From: the human T2T-CHM13v2.0 reference genome, Homo sapiens
Reading direction: 5' to 3' (one strand)
Length of the DNA: 64,000 nucleotides
NCBI RefSeq assembly: GCF_009914755.1
Contig: NC_060948.1
Shown piece by piece: positions 48,401 through 60,400 of the stretch. A program made the translations under genes and the position numbers. Numbering within the stretch: position 1 is the stretch's first letter; each line of letters opens with the position of its first letter. The notes beneath the pieces were generated by a model that worked only from the letters and a program-made list of their open reading frames with translations, made no database searches and was not told the DNA's origin.

Positions 48401-51400
48401 TGAAATTGAATCAACAGGAATGGAAGGGAATAGAATAGACGGTAATGGAATGGACTCGAATAGAATGGACACGAATGCTCAAATTTAATGGACTCGAATG
48501 GAATGGAAACGAAAGGAATGTCATCGAATGGAATTGAATCGATTGGAATGAAATGGCATAGAATGGAGTGGAATCAAATGGAATTGAATCGAAAGGAAAG
48601 GAAGCGAATGGACTGAAATGAAATGGAATGGAATGGAATAGAAAGTAATGCAGTGGAATAGAATGGAACGAAATTTCACGGAATGGAATCAAACTGAATG
48701 GAATCAAATCAATGGAATATAATCAAATGGAATGGAAAGGAATTGAATGGAGTAGATTGGATTGGATGGGATTGGAATGAAATTTACTGGACAGGACTCG
48801 AATTTCATGAAACGGAATGGAATGAATTGGAATGGAATGGACTCGAATGGAATGGAATGTCACGGAATGGCATCAAATGGAATGGAATCGAATGCAATGG
48901 AATGCTATGGAATGGAATGGAATGCATTGGAATGGAATGTCCTCTAATGGAATGGATTCGAGTGGAATGGAATCGAATATAATGGAGTCGAATGAAATGG
49001 AATTGAAAGGAATGGGATCCAATACAATGGAATATACTGGAATGTAATGTAATGAACTCGAATGTAATTGACTGGAATGGAATGTACATGAATGGTATGT
49101 AATCGAATGGAAAGTAATCCAATGGAATAAAATCTAATGCAATAAAATCGACTCATATAGAATAGAATGTAATGGAATGGAGTGCAGTGCAATGGAATGG
49201 AATGGAATGGAACGCAATGGAATGGAATGGAATTGAATGGAATGGGATGGAATGGTATGGAATGGATAGTAATGGACTGGAGTGAAATGGACTGGAAAGG
49301 AATGGACTTAAATTGAAAGGGCTCGAAAGGAATGGAGTCAAATGGAATGGTCTGGAATGGAGTGAATACGAATGTAATGCAATCCAATAGAATGGAATCG
49401 AATGGCATGGAATATAAAGAAATGGAATCGAAGAGAATGGAAACAAATGGAATGGAATTGAATGGAATGGAATTGAATGGAATGGGAACGAATGGAGTGA
49501 AATTGTATGCAGTAGAAGAGAATAGAATGGAATACAAGCGAAAGGAAAGGAATGGATAGGAATGGAATGGAATTCATTGGAATGGAAGGGAATGTAGTGT
49601 AATGGACAGGCCTGGAATAAAGTGGAATGCTACGGTCTCGAATGGAATAAAAATGTATGGAATGGAATGCAATGAAACGGAATCGAATGTCATAGAATGT
49701 AATGGAATGCAGAAAAATGGAATCCAAAATCATTGACTGGAAAGGCTGGGTGTCGAAAGGAATTGACTCCAATGGAATGGAATCGGATGGAATGGAAGTG
49801 AATAGAATCGAACTAAATCGAATGGAATTGAATTGATAGGAACGGAATACAAAGGAATGCAATGATTTGGCATGGAATGGAATCGAATGGCATCGAATGG
49901 AATGGAATGGAATGCAATGGAATGGAATGTACTAGAATGTAATGAACATTAATGGAATCTACTCGAATGGATTCTACTGGAATGGAATGTTCTGGAAGTG
50001 AATGGACTCCAATGGAATGGATTCGAAAGGAATGGAATCGAACGGAATGGAATCTAATGCAATGGAATTAAATGGAAAGGAATCAAATTGAATAGCACGG
50101 AATTGAATTGAATGGAATCGAATGCAATGGAATCTATTGAAACGGAAAGGAAAGGAATGGAATGGAATGGAATGGGCTGGAATGGAATGGAATCGAAACG
50201 AATGGAATGGAATCGAACTGAAGAGAATGGAAAGGAATGCACTGGAATGGAAGGGAGTGTAATGGAAGGTTCTCGAAAAAAATGGAATCGAAAGGAATGG
50301 AATTGAATGGAACGGAATAGAGTCGAATGGAATTCAATGGAATGGAATGGACTAGAGTGAAATGGAATCGAACCACAAGGAATGGACAGGAATAGAATGG
50401 TCTCGAATTGAATGGAATCGTATGGAATGGCATCAAACGGAATGGAATGGACAGCCACGGAATGGAATGCACTCGAATGCAATGGAGTCGACACTAATGG
50501 ACTGGAATAGAATGGACTCGACTGGTACGGACTCCAATGGAATGGAATCGAATGGAAGGGAATCGATCGGAATGGACTCGAAGGGAAAAGACTGCAATGG
50601 AAAGGTCTCGAATGGAATGGAAATTAATGGAATGGAATGGAATCGAATGAAATGGAGTCAAAAGGAATGGAATCGAATGGCAAGAAATCGAATGTAATGG
50701 AATCACAAGGAATGGATGTGAACGGAACGGAATGGAATGGAATCCAAAGGAATGGAATAGAATGGAATGGAATCGAATGGAAAGGACTCGAATGGAAATC
50801 ACTCGAATAGAATGCAATTTAATAAAATAGGATCAAATGTAATGGAATGGAATGGAAAGGAATCGAAACGAAAGGAATGGAGACAGATGGAATGGAATGG
50901 AACAGAGAGCAATGGTATAGAATGGAATGGAATCATCTGGAATGGAATTGAATGGAATGGAATAATATGAAATGGAATGGAATGGAATGGAATGCCCTTG
51001 AATTAAATGGACTGGAATGGAATGGACTCGAACAGAGTGGAATGGAAAGTGTTGAAATAGAATGGAATGGACTCCTTTGGAATGGTCTAGTATGCAATGC
51101 AATCGACTGGCAGAGAATCAAGAGGAATGTAATCGAATGGAAAGGACTGGAATGCAATGGAATCGAATAGATTGGAAACGGAATGCAAAGGAATGGAATG
51201 GAATAGTATGGAATGGAATGGAAAGGAATGGAGTGGAATAGACTAGAGTGGAATGGAATGGACTCGAAAGCAATGGACTGGAATGGAACTTTCTTGAATG
51301 GACTGGAATCAAACGGAATGGAATGCAATGCAATCAAATGGCATGGAATAAAATAGAATGAAAGAGAATCAAACGGAATTGAATCGAATGGAATCGAATG

Positions 51401-54400
51401 GATTGGAAAGGAATAGAATGGAATGGAATGGAATTGACTCAAATGGAATGGACTAGAATGGAATGGATTCGAATGGAAGGCAAAGGAATGGAATCTATTG
51501 GAATGGACTGTAATGGAATGGAATGTAAGGGATTGGAATGGACTCAAATGGAATGGACTGCAATAGAAAGGATTCGAATGGAATGAAAAAGAATTGAATG
51601 GAATAAAACAGAATGGAATCAAATCGAATGAAATGGAATGGAATAGAAAGGAATGGAAAGGATTCGAATGGAATGCAATCGAATGGAATGCAATCGAATG
51701 GAATGGAATCGAACGGAATGGAATAAAATGGAAGAAAACTGGCAAGAAATGGAATCGAAATGAATGGAAGTGTTATGGAACGGACTCATAAGGAATTGAA
51801 TGTAATAGAATGGAGTGGAGTGGACTCGAATATAATGGACTGGAATGGAATGAAATCACATGGAATGGGAACGAATGGAATGGAATGGAAAGGAATGGAA
51901 TCGAATGGAAAGGAATTGAATGGAAGGGAATGAAATTGAATCAACAGGAATGGAAGGGAATAGAATAGACGGTAATGGAATGGACTCGAATAGAATGGAC
52001 ACGAATGCTCAAATTTAATGGACTCGAATGGAATGGAAACGAAAGGAATGTCATCGAATGGAATTGAATCGATTGGAATGAAATGGCATAGAATGGAGTG
52101 GAATCAAATGGAATTGAATCGAAAGGAAAGGAAGCGAATGGACTGAAATGAAATGGAATGGAATGGAATAGAAAGTAATGCAATGGAATAGAATGGAACG
52201 AAATTTCACGGAATGGAATCAAACTGAATGGAATCAAATCAATGGAATATAATCAAATGGAATGGAAAGGAATTGAATGGAGTAGATTGGATTGGATGGG
52301 ATTGGAATGAAATTTACTGGACAGGACTCGAATTTCATGAAACGGAATGGAATGAATTGGAATGGAATGGACTCGAATGGAATGGAATGTCACGGAATGG
52401 CATCAAATGGAATGGAATCGAATGCAATGGAATGCTATGGAATGGAATGGAATGCATTGGAATGGAATGTCCTCTAATGGAATGGATTCGAGTGGAATGG
52501 AATCGAATATAATGGAGTCGAATGAAATGGAATTGAAAGGAATGGGATCCAATACAATGGAATATACTGGAATGTAATGTAATGAACTCGAATGTAATTG
52601 ACTGGAATGGAATGTCCATGAATGGTATGTAATCGAATGGAAAGTAATCCAATGGAATAAAATCTAATGCAATAAAATCGACTCAAATAGAATAGAATGT
52701 AATGGAATGGAGTGCAGTGCAATGGAATGGAATGGAATGGAACGCAATGGAATGGAATGGGATGGAATGGTATGGAATGGATAGTAATGGACTGGAGTGA
52801 AATGGACTGGAAAGGAATGGACTTAAATTGAAAGGGCTCGAAAGGAATGGAGTCAAATGGAATGGTCTGGAATGGAGTGAACACGAATGTAATGCAATCC
52901 AATAGAATGGAATCGAATGGCATGGAATATAAAGAAATGGAATCGAAGAGAATGGAAACAAATGGAATGGAATTGAATGGAATGGAATTGAATGGAATGG
53001 GAACGAATGGAGTGAAATTGTATGCAGTAGAAGAGAATAGAATGGAATACAAGCGAAAGGAGAGGAATGGATAGGAATGGAATGGAATTCATTGGAATGG
53101 AAGGGAATGTAGTGTAATGGACAGGCCTGGAATAAAGTGGAATGCTACGGTCTCGAATGGAATAAAAATGTATGGAATGGAATGCAATGAAACGGAATCG
53201 AATGTCATAGAATGTAATGGAATGCAGAAAAATGGAATCCAAAATCATTGACTGGAAAGGCTGGGTGTCGAAAGGAATTGACTCCAATGGAATGGAATCG
53301 GATGGAATGGAAGTGAATAGAATCGAACTAAATCGAATGGAATTGAATTGATAGGAACGGAATGCAAAGGAATGCAATGATTTGGCATGGAATGGAATCG
53401 AATGGCATCGAATGGAATGGAATGGAATGCAATGGAATGGAATGTACTAGAATGTAATGAACATTAATGGAATCTACTCGAATGGATTCTACTGGAATGG
53501 AATGTTCTGGAAGTGAATGGACTCCAATGGAATGGATTCGAAAGGAATGGAATCGAACGGAATGGAATCTAATGCAATGGAATTAAATGGAAAGGAATCA
53601 AATTGAATAGCACGGAATTGAATTGAATGGAATCGAATGCAATGGAATCTAATGAAACGGAAAGGAAAGGAATGGAATGGAATGGAATGGGCTGGAATGG
53701 AATGGAATCGAAACGAATGGAATGGAATCGAACTGAAGAGAATGGAATGGAATGCACTGGAATGGAAGGGAGTGTAATGGAAGGTTCTCGAAAAAAATGG
53801 AATCGAAAGGAATGGAATTGAATGGAACGGAATAGAGTCGAATGGAATTCAATGGAATGGAATGGAATAGAGTGAAATGGAATCGAACCACAAGGAATGG
53901 ACAGGAATAGAATGGTCTCGAATTGAATGGAATCGTATGGAATGGCATCAAACGGAATGGAATGGACAGCCACGGAATGGAATGCACTCGAATGCAATGG
54001 AGTCGACACTAATGGACTGGAATAGAATGGACTCGACTGGTACGGACTCCAATGGAATGGAATCGAATGGAAGGGAATCGAACGGAATGGACTCGAAGGG
54101 AAAAGACTGCAATGGAAAGGTCTCGAATGGAATGGAAATTAATGGAATGGAATGGAATCGAATGAAATGGAGTCAAAAGGAATGGAATCGAATGGCAAGA
54201 AATCGAATGTAATGGAATCACAAGGAATGGATGTGAACGGAACGGAATGGAATGGAATCCAAAGGAATGGAATAGAATGGAATGGAATCGAATGGAAAGG
54301 ACTCGAATGGAAATCACTCGAATAGAATGCAATTTAATAAAATAGGATCAAATGTAATGGAATGGAATGGAAAGGAATCGAAATGAAAGGAATGGAGACA

Positions 54401-57400
54401 GATGGAATGGAATGGAAGAGAGAGCAATGGTATAGAATGGAATGGAATCATCTGGAATGGAATTGAATGGAATGGAATAATATGAAATGGAATGGAATGG
54501 AATGGAATGCCCTTGAATTAAATGGACTGGAATGGAATGGACTCGAACAGAGTGGAATGGAAAGTGTTGAAATAGAATGGAATGGACTCCTTTGGAATGG
54601 TCTAGTATGCAATGCAATCGACTGGCAGAGAATCAAGAGGAATGTAATCGAATGGAAAGGACTGGAATGCAATGGAATCGAATAGATTGGAAACGGAATG
54701 CAAAGGAATGGAATGGAATAGTATGGAATGGAATGGAAAGGAATGGAGTGGAATAGACTAGAGTGGAATGGAATGGACTCGAAAGCAATGGACTGGAATG
54801 GAACTTTCTTGAATGGACTGGAATCAAACGGAATGGAATGCAATGCAATCAAATGGCATGGAATAAAATAGAATGAAAGAGAATCAAACGGAATTGAATC
54901 GAATGGAATCGAATGGATTGGAAAGGAATAGAATGGAATGGAATGGAATTGACTCAAATGGAATGGACTAGAATGGAATGGATTCGAATGGAAGGCAAAG
55001 AAATGGAATCTAGTGGAATGGACTGTAATGGAATGGAATGTAAGGGATTGGAATGGACTCAAATGGAATGGACTGCAATAGAAAGGATTCGAATGGAATG
55101 AAAAAGAATTGAATGGAATAAAACAGAATGGAATCAAATCGAATGAAATGGAATGGAATAGAAAGGAATGGAAAGGATTCGAATGGAATGCAATCGAATG
55201 GAATGCAATCGAATGGAATGGAATCGAACGGAATGGAATAAAATGGAAGAAAACTGGCAAGAAATGGAATCGAAATGAATGGAAGTGTTATGGAACGGAC
55301 TCATAAGGAATTGAATGTAATAGAATGGAGTGGAGTGGACTCGAATATAATGGACTGGAATGGAATGAAATCACATGGAATGGGAACGAATGGAATGGAA
55401 TGGAAAGGAATGGAATCGAATGGAAAGGAATTGAATGGAAGGGAATGAAATTGAATCAACAGGAATGGAAGGGAATAGAATAGACGGTAATGGAATGGAC
55501 TCGAATAGAATGGACACGAATGCTCAAATTTAATGGACTCGAATGGAATGGAAACGAAAGGAATGTCATCGAATGGAATTGAATCGATTGGAATGAAATG
55601 GCATAGAATGGAGTGGAATCAAATGGAATTGAATCGAAAGGAAAGGAAGCGAATGGACTGAAATGAAATGGAATGGAATGGAATAGAAAGTAATGCAATG
55701 GAATAGAATGGAACGAAATTTCACGGAATGGAATCAAACTGAATGGAATCAAATCAATGGAATATAATCAAATGGAATGGAAAGGAATTGAATGGAGTAG
55801 ATTGGATTGGATGGGATTGGAATGAAATTTACTGGACAGGACTCGAATTTCATGAAACGGAATGGAATGAATTGGAATGGAATGGACTCGAATGGAATGG
55901 AATGTCACGGAATGGCATCAAATGGAATGGAATCGAATGCAATGGAATGCTATGGAATGGAATGGAATGCATTGGAATGGAATGTCCTCTAATGGAATGG
56001 ATTCGAGTGGAATGGAATCGAATATAATGGAGTCGAATGAAATGGAATTGAAAGGAATGGGATCCAATACAATGGAATATACTGGAATGTAATGTAATGA
56101 ACTCGAATGTAATTGACTGGAATGGAATGTACATGAATGGTATGTAATCGAATGGAAAGTAATCCAATGGAATAAAATCTAATGCAATAAAATCGACTCA
56201 AATAGAATAGAATGTAATGGAATGGAGTGCAGTGCAATGGAATGGAATGGAATGGAACGCAATGGAATGGAATGGAATTGAATGGAATGGGATGGAATGG
56301 TATGGAATGGATAGTAATGGACTGGAGTGAAATGGACTGGAAAGGAATGGACTTAAATTGAAAGGGCTCGAAAGGAATGGAGTCAAATGGAATGGTCTGG
56401 AATGGAGTGAATACGAATGTAATGCAATCCAATAGAATGGAATCGAATGGCATGGAATATAAAGAAATGGAATCGAAGAGAATGGAAACAAATGGAATGG
56501 AATTGAATGGAATGGAATTGAATGGAATGGGAACGAATGGAGTGAAATTGTATGCAGTAGAAGAGAATAGAATGGAATACAAGCGAAAGGAGAGGAATGG
56601 ATAGGAATGGAATGGAATTCATTGGAATGGAAGGGAATGTAGTGTAATGGACAGGCCTGGAATAAAGTGGAATGCTACGGTCTCGAATGGAATAAAAATG
56701 TATGGAATGGAATGCAATGAAACGGAATCGAATGTCATAGAATGTAATGGAATGCAGAAAAATGGAATCCAAAATCATTGACTGGAAAGGCTGGGTGTCG
56801 AAAGGAATTGACTCCAATGGAATGGAATCGGATGGAATGGAAGTGAATAGAATCGAACTAAATCGAATGGAATTGAATTGATAGGAACGGAATGCAAAGG
56901 AATGCAATGATTTGGCATGGAATGGAATCGAATGGCATCGAATGGAATGGAATGGAATGCAATGGAATGGAATGTACTAGAATGTAATGAACATTAATGG
57001 AATCTACTCGAATGGATTCTACTGGAATGGAATGTTCTGGAAGTGAATGGACTCCAATGGAATGGATTCGAAAGGAATGGAATCGAACGGAATGGAATCT
57101 AATGCAATGGAATTAAATGGAAAGGAATGAAATTGAATAGCACGGAATTGAATTGAATGGAATCGAATGCAATGGAATCTAATGAAACGGAAAGGAAAGG
57201 AATGGAATGGAATGGAATGGGCTGGAATGGAATGGAATCGAAACGAATGGAATGGAATCGAACTGAAGAGAATGGAATGGAATGCACTGGAATGGAAGGG
57301 AGTGTAATGGAAGGTTCTCGAAAAAAATGGAATCGAAAGGAATGGAATTGAATGGAACGGAATAGAGTCGAATGGAATTCAATGGAATGGAATGGACTAG

Positions 57401-60400
57401 AGTGAAATGGAATCGAACCACAAGGAATGGACAGGAATAGAATGGTCTCGAATTGAATGGAATCGTATGGAATGGCATCAAACGGAATGGAATGGACAGC
57501 CACGGAATGGAATGCACTCGAATGCAATGGAGTCGACACTAATGGACTGGAATAGAATGGACTCGACTGGTACGGACTCCAATGGAATGGAATCGAATGG
57601 AAGGGAATCGAACGGAATGGACTCGAAGGGAAAAGACTGCAATGGAAAGGTCTCGAATGGAATGGAAATTAATGGAATGGAATGGAATCGAATGAAATGG
57701 AGTCAAAAGGAATGGAATCGAATGGCAAGAAATCGAATGTAATGGAATCACAAGGAATGGATGTGAACGGAACGGAATGGAATGGAATCCAAAGGAATGG
57801 AATAGAATGGAATGGAATCGAATGGAAAGGACTCGAATGGAAATCACTCGAATAGAATGCAATTTAATAAAATACGATCAAATGTAATGGAATGGAATGG
57901 AAAGGAATCGAAACGAAAGGAATGGAGACAGATGGAATGGAATGGAACAGAGAGCAATGGTATAGAATGGAATGGAATCATCTGGAATGGAATTGAATGG
58001 AATGGAATAATATGAAATGGAATGGAATGGAATGGAATGCCCTTGAATTAAATGGACTGGAATGGAATGGACTCGAACAGAGTGGAATGGAAAGTGTTGA
58101 AATAGAATGGAATGGACTCCTTTGGAATGGTCTAGTATGCAATGCAATCGACTGGCAGAGAATCAAGAGGAATGTAATCGAATGGAAAGGACTGGAATGC
58201 AATGGAATCGAATAGATTGGAAACGGAATGCAAAGGAATGGAATGGAATAGTATGGAATGGAATGGAAAGGAATGGAGTGGAATAGACTAGAGTGGAATG
58301 GAATGGACTCGAAAGCAATGGACTGGAATGGAACTTTCTTGAATGGACTGGAATCAAACGGAATGGAATGCAATGCAATCAAATGGCATGGAATAAAATA
58401 GAATGAAAGAGAATCAAACGGAATTGAATCGAATGGAATCGAATGGATTGGAAAGGAATAGAATGGAATGGAATTGACTCAAATGGAATGGACTAGAATG
58501 GAATGGATTCGAATGGAAGGCAAAGGAATGGAATCTATTGGAATGGACTGTAATGGAATGGAATGTAAGGGATTGGAATGGACTCAAATGGAATGGACTG
58601 CAATAGAAAGGATTCGAATGGAATGAAAAAGAATTGAATGGAATAAAACAGAATGGAATCAAATCGAATGAAATGGAATGGAATAGAAAGGAATGGAATG
58701 AAATGGAATGGAAAGGATTCGAATGGAATGCAATCGAATGGAATGCAATCGAATGGAATGGAATCGAACGGAATGTAATAAAATGGAAGAAAACTGGCAA
58801 GAAATGGAATCGAAATGAATGGAGTGTTATGGAACGGACTCAAAAGGAATTGAATGTAATAGAATGGAGTGGAGTGGACTCGAATATAATGGACTGGAAT
58901 GGAATGAAATCACATGGAATGGGAACGAATGGAATGGAATGGAAAGGAATGGAATCGAATGGAAAGGAATCGAATGGAAAGGAATCGAATGGAAGGGAAT
59001 GAAATTGAATCAACAGGAATGGAAGGAAGTAGAATAGACGGTAATGGAATGGACTCGAATAGAATGGACACGAATGTTCAAATTGAGTGGACTCGAATGG
59101 AATGGAAACGAAAGGAATGTCGTCGAATGGAATTGAGTCGATTGGAATGAAATCGCATAGAATGGAGTGGAATCAAATGGAATTGAATCGAAAGGAAAGG
59201 AAGCGAATGGTCTGAAATGAAATGGAATGGAATTGAATGGAAAGTAATGCAAGGGAATAGAATGGAACGAAATTTCACGGAATGGAATCAAACTGAATGG
59301 AATCAAATCAATGGAATATAATCAAATGGCATGGAAAGGAATTGAATGGAGTAGATTGGATAGGATGGGATTGGAATGAAATGTACTGGAAAGGACTCGA
59401 ATTTCATGAAATGGAATGGAATGAACTGGAACGGAATGGACTCGAATGGAATGGAATGTCATGGAATGGCATCAAATGGAATGGCATCAAATGGAATGCT
59501 ATGGAATGGAATGGAATGCATTGGAATGGAATGTCCCCTAATGGAATGGATTCGAGTGGAATGGAATCGAATATAATGGAGTCGAATGAAATGGAATTGA
59601 AAGGAAAGGGATCGAATACAATGGAATATACTGGAATGTAATGTAATGAACTCGAATGTAATTGACTAGAATGGAATGTACATGAATGGAATGCAACCGA
59701 ATGGAAAATAATCCCATGGAATAGAATCTAATGCAATAAAATCGACTCAAATAGAATAGAATGGAATGGAATGGAGTGCAGTGCAATGGAATGGAATGGA
59801 ATGGAATGCAATGGAATGGAATGGAATGGGATGGAATGGTATGGGATGGATAGAAATGGACTGGAGTGAAATGGACTGGAAAGTAATGGACTCAAATTGA
59901 AAGAGCTCGAAAGAATGGAGTCAAATGGAATGGTCTGGAATGGAATGAACACGAATGTAATGCAATCCAATAGAATGGAATCGAATGGCATGGAATATAA
60001 AGAAATGGAATCGAAGAGAATGGAAACGAATGGAATGGAATTGAATGGAATGGAATTGAATGGAATGGGAACGAATGGAGTGAAATTGTATGCAGTAGAA
60101 GAGAATAGAATGGAATGCAAGCGAAAGGAAAGGAATGGATTGGAATGGAATGGAATTCATTGGAATGGAAGGGAATGTATTGCAATGGACAGGCCTTTAA
60201 TAAAGTGGAATGCTACGGTCTCGAATGGAATAAAAATGTATGGAATGGAATTCAATGAAACGGAATCGAATGTCATAGAATGTAATGGAATGCAATAAAA
60301 TGGAATCCAAAATCATTGACTGGAAAGGCTGGGTGTAGAAAGGAATTGACTCCAATGGAATGGAATCGAATGGAATGGAAGTGAATAGAATCGAAGTAAA

